Counted from the first letter of the stretch, positions 19,977 through 29,468 are shown. The stretch is 64,000 bases of DNA from Actinomycetota bacterium (GCA_023379675.1 JAMCPL010000008.1:30720-94719); one strand, 5' to 3'. Numbers and translations: made by a program. Notes: generated from the sequence alone by a model not told the origin.

Positions 19977-21119
19977 ATGATGCGGAGCTTGCCAACGGCG
20001 CCAGACCGGCTTCGCGCGTCTCATTCACATCCGGTGAGGGTCGGCATGATCGGGCTTGGTACGATCCACGCGGTGCATGCAGAGGCGTTCAAACGGCCTA
20101 CCGCCAGCGCCAGCCTGCATGCCGGTATACACGCTGGCGGAGATACTGATGCAGTGAGTATGCCCGGAATAGGATTACCCGGAGAGATCGTGGCAGTGTG
20201 CGATACGGATGCCGGCAGGGCGCGCCAAGTCTCCACTGACCTGGGCTGCGCTGCGTACACTGATTACGGTGCACTGCTCAACGATGCGGATGTCGATGCG
20301 GTTGACATAACCTTGCCACATTCCCTTCACTACCAGGTTGCTCGCGATGCGTTGCAAAGTGGGAAGCACGTACTAGTGGAAAAGCCGATGGCGCCCTCGT
20401 CGGCACAGTGCAGGGAACTCATAGATCTGGCGCGGCAGCAGGGGCTTGTATTTACGGTCGCCGAGAACACGCGATTCGTACATGCATACCAGGAGGCAAG
20501 GAAGCTGCTGGATGCCGGCAAGATAGGCCAACCGAGATTGATACGTACGTTGGTCTGCGGGACGGAAGTGGCGCGACTTCGTGACAAATCGCTCTGGAAA
20601 GGTCGCGTGGACGGCACTGCCGGCGGCACTATCATGGATGCCGGGCCTCATTCTTTCTACCTATTGAAATGGCTGTGCGGGCCGGTGGTGTCTCTCCGGG
20701 CGTTCGGGTCGAAGCTGGTGGACGAGAGCGAGGTGGAAGATCATGCTGTGGTGTCCGGCTACCTGGCAAACGGCGCGATTTTCACGTCCGAGTTTACCTT
20801 TACGTCAGAGATGCCATGGAACGAGAGACTGGAGATCCATGGCACGGATGGGACTATCGTAGTAGACCAGCTGGCGAACCCACCCCTCACCGTATACAAG
20901 GGTGAGCTGGATTTTTTTGGCGCCCATCAGGCGGGAGTTGCCCATGATCCTGCGTGGTGGAAGGGTGGCTCAATCGTGGCAGGAGTGGCCGATTTCGTGC
21001 ATGCCGTCCATGACCGCCGGCCCGCAACGGTGGACCCCTGGGACGGATGCTACACCATTGAGATTGTCGAAGCGGCCTACCGCTCGTTCGGTAATGGAGG
21101 GGTCTTAGTAACCCCGTAG
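19977..21119 (+). CDS. Gfo/Idh/MocA-family oxidoreductase
   Basis: VRVGMIGLGTIH Rossmann start, EKPMA motif, and a C-terminal alpha/beta dimerisation domain. Confidence 0.8.
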   Translation: MMRSLPTAPDRLRASHSHPVRVGMIGLGTIHAVHAEAFKRPTASASLHAGIHAGGDTDAVSMPGIGLPGEIVAVCDTDAGRARQVSTDLGCAAYTDYGALLNDADVDAVDITLPHSLHYQVARDALQSGKHVLVEKPMAPSSAQCRELIDLARQQGLVFTVAENTRFVHAYQEARKLLDAGKIGQPRLIRTLVCGTEVARLRDKSLWKGRVDGTAGGTIMDAGPHSFYLLKWLCGPVVSLRAFGSKLVDESEVEDHAVVSGYLANGAIFTSEFTFTSEMPWNERLEIHGTDGTIVVDQLANPPLTVYKGELDFFGAHQAGVAHDPAWWKGGSIVAGVADFVHAVHDRRPATVDPWDGCYTIEIVEAAYRSFGNGGVLVTP

Positions 21120-21152
21120 AGACTGCTCAGGTCTCCCGGTCCACGGTAGACT

Positions 21153-22127
21153 GTGTCTATGCAGCAGCTTCCTCCGTGGACACCGGTGAGGGCATTGACC
21201 ACCTTTGCAACAGGGCCGTGGGCGATAGTGACCTTGGCCGTGGAAATTATCGTTGTACTCTGGTATTTACAGGCAGTGAAGGTGCTTAGCACCCACAAGT
21301 CGAAGCGATGGCCCGTTGTACGCACTGTGTGTTTTGCCGGTGGCGTGCTTTCCGTGGCAGCAGCGTGGCAGTCGAGCATCTCGCCTTACGCTTCCAGGAC
21401 TTTCATAGATCATGTCATGCAGCATGTGCTCCTCATGCTGGCAGCACCCATCTTGCTTTCCCTTGGCGCCCCGGTGACTCTGGCAATGCAGACCGTGAGG
21501 CGGGTCACGAAGGTTAGGATGCTGCGCTTCTTTGCCAGCCGTCCATGGAAGTGTCTTGCCCATCCGCTGCCGGCCAACCTGGGCAACTACGGGATAATGT
21601 ACTGGTTCTTTCTGGCGGGGGGGATTATTCCGGCAATGAACCATCCAGCGTTGATGGACTTTGTGAACACGCTTTTTCTTTTCTTCGGGTGTCTCGTATG
21701 GTGGCCTCTTCTCAGCATCGACTGGATAGGTCGGCGACGTTTCACTTATCCGGCACGCCTGGGCCTAAGCGCACTTGCCATGCCGTTCGACTCGTTTCTC
21801 GCTATAGCGTTGTTGGGGGGAGCCGCTCATAATTCCGTCGATCCCCAGATGTACTCACTTGCCAACACCCATGCCGGTGCTTCCGTATTCTGGATTGTCA
21901 CTGGACTGATCACTTCGCTCATGACCATAGCCATAGCTGCTCAGTGGGCCACAAAAGAGAGGCAGGTAAATGCACGAGCCGATCGCATGAGCGACAAGGG
22001 TATCTATACCGGTGGTTCGCCTATTGTCGGGTGGGCTGGCGAGGTACAGTTGGATACCGATGGCACGATGATCGTACCGTGGGCGGATGCCGGGATCGTA
22101 GCGGACCTGGAACCTTTGGAGGAGTGA
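21153..22127 (+). CDS. cytochrome c oxidase assembly protein (Caa3_CtaG family), polytopic membrane protein
   Basis: RWPVVRTVCFAGGVL...FIDHVMQHVLLMLAAPILLSLGAPVTL resembles the CtaG family core. Multiple TM helices. Confidence 0.7.
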   Translation: MSMQQLPPWTPVRALTTFATGPWAIVTLAVEIIVVLWYLQAVKVLSTHKSKRWPVVRTVCFAGGVLSVAAAWQSSISPYASRTFIDHVMQHVLLMLAAPILLSLGAPVTLAMQTVRRVTKVRMLRFFASRPWKCLAHPLPANLGNYGIMYWFFLAGGIIPAMNHPALMDFVNTLFLFFGCLVWWPLLSIDWIGRRRFTYPARLGLSALAMPFDSFLAIALLGGAAHNSVDPQMYSLANTHAGASVFWIVTGLITSLMTIAIAAQWATKERQVNARADRMSDKGIYTGGSPIVGWAGEVQLDTDGTMIVPWADAGIVADLEPLEE

Positions 22128-22148
22128 GAATACTAGGTGCGGATGCCG

Positions 22149-22463
22149 CTAAACAGCGTTTGCGGGCAATCCTAAGTAATTCTTGACGATTTTCATATCA
22201 CCTTTGAGTTCGCCCACGTCTTTGACCAGCTGGTCGATCCTTGCAGTCTGCTGGTCGATCCTTGCAGTCTGCTGGTCGATCCTTGCAGTCTGCTGGTCGA
22301 TCCTTGCAGTCTGCTGGTCGATCCTTGCAGTGAGGTCAGATGCCATCTTGATCATTTCAGAACGTAAAGCATTGCCTTGCTGGACAACAAGGACCACCAA
22401 TACTCCGAACATCCCCAACAAAGGTCCGAGAATGGTCCAAAGCTGCCCAGTGGTCATGAACAT
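22149..22463 (-). CDS. small membrane-anchored coiled-coil protein with (TARIDQQ)n repeats; function unknown
   Basis: N-terminal TM helix (LWTILGPLLGMFGVLVVLVV), then about 5 heptad repeats encoded by a perfect 21-bp tandem repeat. Paralogous to 36013-36408. Confidence 0.6.
   Translation of the reverse strand: MFMTTGQLWTILGPLLGMFGVLVVLVVQQGNALRSEMIKMASDLTARIDQQTARIDQQTARIDQQTARIDQQTARIDQLVKDVGELKGDMKIVKNYLGLPANAV
22230..22330. repeat. perfect 21-bp tandem repeat (CTGGTCGATCCTTGCAGTCTG) x4.8
   Basis: Counted directly. In frame within the 104-aa ORF. Confidence 0.97.
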
Positions 22464-22546
22464 ATATTATCATGCCGAGGACGACCGTACACAACGGTTC
22501 ACCGGAGAACTTATTGTCTATAGCGTCATGTCACGAGATGCCAAGG

Positions 22547-24226
22547 TCAACACACTCCATGAGTCTTTGAGCGAGACCGGATGCCATCTCCGGCGGTTTG
22601 GCTGGTGGCAGCCTGGCCGGCATCGGCCGCGTGGTTACCAGTATGGGCTGCATGAACTGCGCGACCTGCATGGTCCGTGTGGTCTACGCCGCCTGCACGA
22701 GCTTCACGCCTTTTTGCCACAAGGCCCGGCTTCCCGCCTGCTTCCAGATGTGCAATTGCATGGGACAGGTCCTCCACCAGGGAACCAGCCAAGTCCCGGC
22801 TAAGCCCCTCACGCACCACCACCCTCAATACGGCGATGTGTTCGGCATCCGGTGCCATAGTATATGCTGGAACGATCCATCCTCGTTCTTTCAGAATATC
22901 TGATATGTCGAATTCCGTGTACGGGTGTGGCCCGGTAAGCTTGAAACAGACTACGGGCAGGTCGTTGCCGTCGTTTACTATCTCGAATATCCCCAGTGAG
23001 CCTATCTGTGCTGCAAGCCACTTGGCGCTTGCCTGCAGCGTGCGCATGATGGATACATATCCTTGGCGACCCAAGCGTAGCAAGTTGTAGTATTGTGCAA
23101 TGATCTGGCTGGCTCCCCGTGAGAAGTTAAGCTGAAATGTGGGATGGTCGCCGCCCAGGTAGTTCACGTGAAATATCAGGTCCTCTGGAAGGTAGGACTC
23201 GTCACGCCAGACGACCCAGCCTACTCCGGGGTATACGAGCCCGTACTTGTGGCCTGAGGTGTTGATCGAGGACACCCGGGGGATCCGGAAGTCCCACTCA
23301 AGATCCGGCTGCAGGAATGGCGCCACGAAACCTCCACTGGCGGCGTCCACATGCAACGGCACGTCCAACCCCGTTCTAGACTGCAAGTCGTCAAGAGCCG
23401 CCGCCAGCCCGCCCACCGGTTCGTACTCGCCGGTGTAAGTCGATCCGAGAATGCCGACCACGCCGATCGTTCGCTCGTCCACCCTTGACATGGCTTCGTC
23501 CACATCGATCACATACCTGTTCTCCGTCAGGGGAACGTAGCGTGGTTCTACGTCGAAGTACCTGGCGAACTTCTCCCAGCACACTTGCACATTATGACCC
23601 ATTACGATATTTGGCCGGTCGTCCGGTAAGCCGGCAGCCTGCCGTTTCGCTCTCCAGCGCCACTTCATGGCCAGGCCTGCAAGGTGTATCGCTTCTGACG
23701 AACCAACTGTGGCACAGCCAGTGTAGTTCGCCTCCTCCGGTGCATTGAATAGGCTGGCTATTATGTTTACGCAACGATCGTGAATCTCTACAGTCTGTGG
23801 GTATTCGTCTGCATCGACGAAGTTCTTGTCCAGGGTAGATGCTATGAGCTGGTCGGCTTCCGGCTCCATCCAGGTGGTCACGAAGGATGCCAGATTGAGG
23901 GCGGGGTTGCCGTCCAGGTTCAGCTCGTCTGCGATTATCTTGGCCGCTACCCCGGCGGGCATAGAATCTTCCGGGATACGGTACCGGGGTACGGGAGTAC
24001 TCAGTCCTCGGGCTGCATACATGGGGATGAGGTACTCGTCCTCCGTTGGCCCTGCTACGCCTTGTACGGTTGCAGTCTCCCGGGAAGACGCGATTTCCTG
24101 GTCCGTTACGGTTCTTGTGCCGGTTCCCGATCCGGTATCTGGTGCGCCTGTACTCGTTGCACCAGTACTTGTTGTCGTATCGGGGCGTGTTCTGCTGGTT
24201 CTGCTGGTTCGGTTTCGTGCAAGCAT
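22547..24226 (-). CDS. gadB: glutamate decarboxylase (PLP-dependent, group II) with low-complexity N- and C-terminal extensions
   Basis: LNLASFVTTWMEPEADQL, SGHKYGLVYPGVGWVVWR (PLP-Lys), and VPAYTMAP near the C-terminus. Confidence 0.9.
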   Translation of the reverse strand: MLARNRTSRTSRTRPDTTTSTGATSTGAPDTGSGTGTRTVTDQEIASSRETATVQGVAGPTEDEYLIPMYAARGLSTPVPRYRIPEDSMPAGVAAKIIADELNLDGNPALNLASFVTTWMEPEADQLIASTLDKNFVDADEYPQTVEIHDRCVNIIASLFNAPEEANYTGCATVGSSEAIHLAGLAMKWRWRAKRQAAGLPDDRPNIVMGHNVQVCWEKFARYFDVEPRYVPLTENRYVIDVDEAMSRVDERTIGVVGILGSTYTGEYEPVGGLAAALDDLQSRTGLDVPLHVDAASGGFVAPFLQPDLEWDFRIPRVSSINTSGHKYGLVYPGVGWVVWRDESYLPEDLIFHVNYLGGDHPTFQLNFSRGASQIIAQYYNLLRLGRQGYVSIMRTLQASAKWLAAQIGSLGIFEIVNDGNDLPVVCFKLTGPHPYTEFDISDILKERGWIVPAYTMAPDAEHIAVLRVVVREGLSRDLAGSLVEDLSHAIAHLEAGGKPGLVAKRREARAGGVDHTDHAGRAVHAAHTGNHAADAGQAATSQTAGDGIRSRSKTHGVC

Positions 24227-24253
24227 GTTTTCCAGTCTTGCAGGTTTACTTGC

Positions 24254-27200
24254 TTATTGCGGGTCAAGAGGCATTACTTTTTCTGCTATGAGGCTTGTAA
24301 CACCTTCAGCATGTTCGACGTGGCCCTGTACTATGAGAGCGTCCGTGGATAGCGCCACATGCTGCCATCGAACCCAAGCTCCAGGTGAAAAGACGACATT
24401 CACCATTCCTGTTTCGTCCTCCAAGTTCATGAATACAGTGCCTCCGGCGGTTGGTGGCCGCTGCCTGTGGGTCACCGTGCCGGCCACTTTTATCCTGCCA
24501 TCCATGCATCCGGCCTTGGCAAGAGTTGAAGCCAGCACGATCCCTACGGAATCGAGCGTGGATCTTGCGAGGCTGATTGCCGTAGGACCTGTAGTAAGGC
24601 CGGACGCATACACCTCCGCGTTTGTCACTTCAAGAAGGGTCATGGGAGGAAGATTGGGAGCGTCGCAATCCATCTCTACGTTAGCAATACGTGCCTGCCT
24701 GCCCAGAGAACCGGCAACAGCGTTCCTGACGCTAGCGCGCGCAACCAGGCCGGCAGACCACGCAGTTGCCCTACGCCTAGTTGCTTCCTCTGGCACGCCA
24801 GACATACCAGACATACCAGGGTTACATGATTCGCCTGATGCATATGGCGTATTCTTGTCCTGCTCGTACCTCCGGTTGCTGACCGCCAAACCATCAAGAG
24901 CTCCGGCGCCGGCAAGTAACTCCATGTGCGTTGCACTCAGTTCCGCCCTCTCTACGAGGCCTTCCATAGACCTATATGGTCTCATTGACGCGATGCGCCT
25001 GGCTGTTTCCACTCCGAGAGACCGTATACCAGCAAGACCCAGCCGTACCGCCAGGTTCACCGTCCTCTTGCCCGCTTCTGGGCCAACCTGGCAATCTACC
25101 CGGCTGCCTGCCTGCAAACATGACTGCCTGCCACCAGGCTGAGTACCTGCCCGGATACCTAACTGGACATCCGCCTGTTTACTTCCTAGCTCTGGCCTTG
25201 CTTGCCGGCTGTCCTTCTCTCTACTTTCGCGGCAAGGCCCCAGAGAGGCCAATTCAGACGAATGGCACACATGCGGACCAAGCACCTCCACGCCGTGGCG
25301 TTGGGCGTCGAGCACGATACTTTGTGGAGACCAGAACCCCATGGGCTGGGCTCCTAGCAGCGCTGCATAGAAAGCAGCCGGGTAGTGCAGCTTGATCCAT
25401 GCACTCACGTACACCATATAGGCAAAAGAGACAGCATGGCTTTCCGGAAAGCCGAAGTTGGCAAATGCGGCAAGTTTGCCGTACATTTCCTCGGCCTGTT
25501 CTCGGTCAATGCCATTTGCAGCCATTCCGGCGAATATGCGTTCACGTAGCTTCACCATCCTTTCAGAAGAGCGCTTGGAACCCATTGCCTGGCGGAGTGC
25601 GTCGGCCTCCGTCGCGGTGAACCCGGCTACATCCATCACCATGGTCATGAGCTGTTCCTGGAACAAGGGAACACCCAAAGTTCTGGCAAGGGATCGTTCA
25701 GCCAGCGGGTGAGGCGCCTGCGTACTTTCCTTTCCCTGGCGACGCCTGAGATAGGGATGTACGGTACCTCCTTGTATAGGACCGGGTCTGATTAGGGCTA
25801 TCTCTACGACAAGATCGTAAAAGGATCGCGGCTGCATACGAGGTAACGTGGCCATCTGAGCACGGCTTTCCACCTGGAATACACCGACTGTGTCTGCCTT
25901 GCAGAGCATGTCGTACACTTTCTCATCTTGGGGGAGTGCACCTATATCCAGGTCTACACCGTATGTATCGTGTATGAGATCGACTGCCATGTGGATGGCT
26001 TGGAGTATGCCTAGTCCGAGCAGGTCAATCTTGATAAGTCCCATAGCTGCGCATCCGTCTTTGTCCCATTGCAGCACGGTCCTGCCCGGTCGCCGGGCAT
26101 GCTCTACGGGGCATACCTCGGATATAGGCCTGTTGCATACCACGATCCCTCCTGGATGAAGACCAAGATGCCTGGGTACACCGATCATCTCAGACATGAG
26201 GTCGGCATGGCAGTCTACATTGCCAGGCACGGACAGGTCGTGACCGGATACGGGCAGGCGGTCACCGTTACTCGATGCAGGCATACCGCGGCTGGATGAA
26301 GTGCGGCTATTCGCCACCAGAGGACCACCTAACGCTTTGCCCAGATCCCGTAATGCAGACCTGTACCGGTAGGTGATGACACTGGAAACTTGAGCAACGT
26401 GTTCGATGCCATAGCGATTGTAGACGTACTCGATCACTTCGTCACGGCGTTGGGGCTCTATGTCCACATCTATGTCGGGTGGCTCTTCGCGAGCCGGCGA
26501 GAGGAACCTTTCGAACAAGAGACCCAGAGAAACCGGATCGGCTTGAGTAATGCCAAGCGAGTAACACACTGCGGAATTGGCCGCAGAACCGCGACCCTGG
26601 CAGTATATGCCATTTTCCCTGCAAAACTTCACAATATCCCATACCACCAGGAAGTAGCCTGCATACCCAAGGCTGAGTATCACTTCCATCTCATGGTCTA
26701 TCTGTTTCCAAGCCCTTCCGGCGGATGATACATTTCGTCCTCCGTAACGGTAGGCTGCCCCAGCTTCCACCAGATGCGCAAGCCATGATTGCTGGGAATG
26801 TCCGCGAGGTACTGCGAAACTTGGAATCTGCGGTGCCAGCGGATGCAACTCCAGTGTACACTCGCCTGCTATACAAGCTGCCCGTTCCACTGCCCCGGGC
26901 CAGCGCGCGAAGCGCCTATACTGTTCCGCCGCGCTACGCAAGGATGCAGTGGCATTCGGGCTGATGTACCGTTGAGCCTCTTCGAGGGTATGGCCTTCCC
27001 TGACCGCCGCAAGTATCGAAGCCAAGCGGTACGAGGAAGCACGGGCATAGTGAACGATGTTCGTAGCTACCAGCTGTACATTCTTCTTGATGGCAATTGC
27101 AGCAAGCGCATCATTGCGGGCAGTATCCAGCGGGGTGCCATGGTTCCATATCTCGATCGCAACGTTGTCCCGGCCGCACATACCGATCAGCTTGTCGAGT

Positions 27201-27703
27201 TCCCGAGCTGCCGCTGAAGGCCCTGCATCCAACAGTGCACTGCACAGGGGTCCCTTACTGCAACCGGTAAGAACCATCCAATGACTGGTGTCCATACCAG
27301 CGATGTCATAATCATGCAGCAGGAAGCTGCCTTTGGCGCCTCCTGCCAGATTGGCATGCGATAGTGTTCTCGAGAGCAATGAGTAACCCTCCATATCTTT
27401 TGCCAGTACGACCAGATGCCTGCTTGCAGGGTGCCCCCTATTATTCTCGTACTTCTCCTGGATACTGTGCGGTGCAGTCCACGTAACCTTAATCTCTGAT
27501 CCGAAGATGGATGGCAACCCATGAGATCGAGCCGCTTCGCTGAAACTGGCTACTCCATAAAGGCCATTATGGTCAGTGAGAGCCAGCCCGGCAAGTCCAA
27601 GCCGATCGGCCTCTTCCACTAGCTCCTCTGGGCTGGATGCGCCATCCAGAAAGCTGAAATACGAATGGCAGTGCAATTCGGCATAGCGCCGTATATCAGT
27701 CAT
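24254..27703 (-). CDS. dnaE2: error-prone DNA polymerase III alpha-like subunit DnaE2 (ImuC)
   Basis: PHP domain start YAELHCHSYFSFLDGAS. 1149 aa. The gene sits last in an imuA'-imuB-dnaE2 arrangement, with an 8-nt overlap with imuB. Confidence 0.9.
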   Translation of the reverse strand: MTDIRRYAELHCHSYFSFLDGASSPEELVEEADRLGLAGLALTDHNGLYGVASFSEAARSHGLPSIFGSEIKVTWTAPHSIQEKYENNRGHPASRHLVVLAKDMEGYSLLSRTLSHANLAGGAKGSFLLHDYDIAGMDTSHWMVLTGCSKGPLCSALLDAGPSAAARELDKLIGMCGRDNVAIEIWNHGTPLDTARNDALAAIAIKKNVQLVATNIVHYARASSYRLASILAAVREGHTLEEAQRYISPNATASLRSAAEQYRRFARWPGAVERAACIAGECTLELHPLAPQIPSFAVPRGHSQQSWLAHLVEAGAAYRYGGRNVSSAGRAWKQIDHEMEVILSLGYAGYFLVVWDIVKFCRENGIYCQGRGSAANSAVCYSLGITQADPVSLGLLFERFLSPAREEPPDIDVDIEPQRRDEVIEYVYNRYGIEHVAQVSSVITYRYRSALRDLGKALGGPLVANSRTSSSRGMPASSNGDRLPVSGHDLSVPGNVDCHADLMSEMIGVPRHLGLHPGGIVVCNRPISEVCPVEHARRPGRTVLQWDKDGCAAMGLIKIDLLGLGILQAIHMAVDLIHDTYGVDLDIGALPQDEKVYDMLCKADTVGVFQVESRAQMATLPRMQPRSFYDLVVEIALIRPGPIQGGTVHPYLRRRQGKESTQAPHPLAERSLARTLGVPLFQEQLMTMVMDVAGFTATEADALRQAMGSKRSSERMVKLRERIFAGMAANGIDREQAEEMYGKLAAFANFGFPESHAVSFAYMVYVSAWIKLHYPAAFYAALLGAQPMGFWSPQSIVLDAQRHGVEVLGPHVCHSSELASLGPCRESREKDSRQARPELGSKQADVQLGIRAGTQPGGRQSCLQAGSRVDCQVGPEAGKRTVNLAVRLGLAGIRSLGVETARRIASMRPYRSMEGLVERAELSATHMELLAGAGALDGLAVSNRRYEQDKNTPYASGESCNPGMSGMSGVPEEATRRRATAWSAGLVARASVRNAVAGSLGRQARIANVEMDCDAPNLPPMTLLEVTNAEVYASGLTTGPTAISLARSTLDSVGIVLASTLAKAGCMDGRIKVAGTVTHRQRPPTAGGTVFMNLEDETGMVNVVFSPGAWVRWQHVALSTDALIVQGHVEHAEGVTSLIAEKVMPLDPQ

Positions 27704-29234
27704 AGGTGGCCTCCATATACCAATAGCCCCCTTCCTCCAGGAGCAAATACCCGATCCCGGATACCGTCACCACCTGTATGCGCGCTTGACGCAACGCACT
27801 ATAAGCGTTCTGGGTGCGCGTACTCTGTATGCCCTGCATACCATACTTACCCTGCGAGCGATGCCCTGCACTCTTGGCTGCATGGTTGCCTGTGCTATGG
27901 GTCGAGCAAGCGCCTGTGCTATGACATCGGTGAGATCCGTATGCATTCCGCTCCCACCACCGACCCTCGAAAACCCATGGTCCTGCCCATGACGATATCC
28001 AGACCTGTGCGTTACGTCCGATTACGAGTAGATATGGCTCTCCGCTTACCTCGCCATTTGAATACACTCGCACCCTTTCCCCTTTCCGGTCACGTACTGC
28101 AACTGGTGTGGGGTTCCTGTACAAGACAACGGGAGATGGACCAGGAAGATACCCTGACCATACCTCAGGCATATCCATGGAAGATGGTGGGCCGGCATTT
28201 GCTGCGCAATCCAGCCAGACCTCGGGTTTGCCAATGAAGCCTATGCCAGACCTGCCTTGCCCATTGACATACCCAGCCGGTGGCGCTACATGCGAGGTGT
28301 CCAACTGAAGATTTTTTTTGCCGGCATCTACGGCGTTCTCTGTTTTGCCTAAACTGATTTGGCCTGGCTCGTGCCAGCCCGGCACATGACTGGACATCTC
28401 TTTCGGGGTCCACGCAATCTGTTCTGCACGTTCAGCAGGATAACGACCTCCATGCAGCTTCCCCATGCTGACTGATCCGTATCCCATTGATCGATATACA
28501 TCGTATATGGCTATACAGGCTTGCCCATCCTGCTGGCTGGGTGGCTCGCTCCAGCGGTTGGGTATTCCATGCCGTTTGCTGGCAACTCCATCCGGTCGAC
28601 TGGCGATTCCAGGATCATGCTCTTTTGCACTAAACGGCTCTTTGCCATCCTGCAGGCATACGGCCAACCACTTCATGATGGAGTCGTATATAGTAGGCGT
28701 AAGCTTACCTTGTTTGCCAGTGGCTATTTGTCGGCAATAAAGTATATTCCTCCCGAAACGATTCAGCACGTCTTTTTCGGGAAGCCTGGCCAGATCTCCA
28801 AAGGTGTCTATCCCTAGAATATCTGGATGCAGTGCACATCCTGTCAGAATATGCACTGGCAATGGCGCCAGGAAGTCAGGGGTCTCTCCTTGCGGTACCA
28901 CAATGGTACCGTTGCCTACTGCCATGCAGGCAGCCAGAAGAGCAGCAACCATACCATCTGCCACGCCTGCGGTGGTTCCCACCCCATTATCCCTGGTTGC
29001 ATCTTCAACAGCTTGCTTGGCAGCCGCTGCGAATGACTCTTCCCCGCCAAAATAGCGTGGCTCTCGCCATATCGTTGAACTATATATTCCTATATTGACT
29101 TCTCGGAAAGAGGGGCCAACTGCAGCTAGAGCATTGCATACCTGCATGGGTGCAAGAGACCGGTAATCGAGATCACCGGCGTACAGCAACGCAGGGGTGA
29201 TTATCACCAAGGTACGTTCCATGCCAATTTCCAT
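27696..29234 (-). CDS. imuB: ImuB-like Y-family polymerase homolog (mutasome adaptor)
   Basis: RYFGGEESFAAAAKQ...GVADGMVAALLAA...FLAPLPVHIL...FGDLARLPEKDVLNRFG fits the ImuB pattern. The position between imuA' and dnaE2 agrees. Confidence 0.75.
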   Translation of the reverse strand: MEIGMERTLVIITPALLYAGDLDYRSLAPMQVCNALAAVGPSFREVNIGIYSSTIWREPRYFGGEESFAAAAKQAVEDATRDNGVGTTAGVADGMVAALLAACMAVGNGTIVVPQGETPDFLAPLPVHILTGCALHPDILGIDTFGDLARLPEKDVLNRFGRNILYCRQIATGKQGKLTPTIYDSIMKWLAVCLQDGKEPFSAKEHDPGIASRPDGVASKRHGIPNRWSEPPSQQDGQACIAIYDVYRSMGYGSVSMGKLHGGRYPAERAEQIAWTPKEMSSHVPGWHEPGQISLGKTENAVDAGKKNLQLDTSHVAPPAGYVNGQGRSGIGFIGKPEVWLDCAANAGPPSSMDMPEVWSGYLPGPSPVVLYRNPTPVAVRDRKGERVRVYSNGEVSGEPYLLVIGRNAQVWISSWAGPWVFEGRWWERNAYGSHRCHSTGACSTHSTGNHAAKSAGHRSQGKYGMQGIQSTRTQNAYSALRQARIQVVTVSGIGYLLLEEGGYWYMEATYD

Positions 29235-29316
29235 GTCTTTACTCTAGTCTAAATGGCGAACATATGTTTGCCATGCATGCTCGCGTCCAGTCCCTTTGCA
29301 ACGCCGTTCAGCGACC

Positions 29317-29372
29317 GGTAGGTAGGTAGGTAGGTAGGTAGGTAGGTAGGTAGGTAGGTAGGTAGGTAGGTA
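29317..29372. repeat. (GGTA)14 tetranucleotide microsatellite in the imuA'-imuB intergenic region
   Basis: Counted directly: 14 perfect units, 56 bp. Confidence 0.98.
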
Positions 29373-29468
29373 GGATGGCCGTTACTCAAGTCCCATGATG
29401 AAGCCCCTTGCGAATACCCGGCCAGTCCTGCTCCAGTAGGAATCGCCGCCGCACCTCCGCTGCCCCGA

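Noticed and set aside
22230-22330. Possibility that the tandem repeats (also 36124-36302, 899-970 and 29317-29372) represent CRISPR arrays
   Set aside because: The units are directly adjacent with no unique spacers, are short or in frame within ORFs, and no cas genes are present.
23826-25142. 438-aa ORF on the plus strand spanning the gadB start and the dnaE2 end
   Set aside because: It is antisense to two genes with strong homology signals. Its composition is S/A/R/P/V-rich, typical of shadow frames in GC-rich DNA, and it has no recognisable motif.
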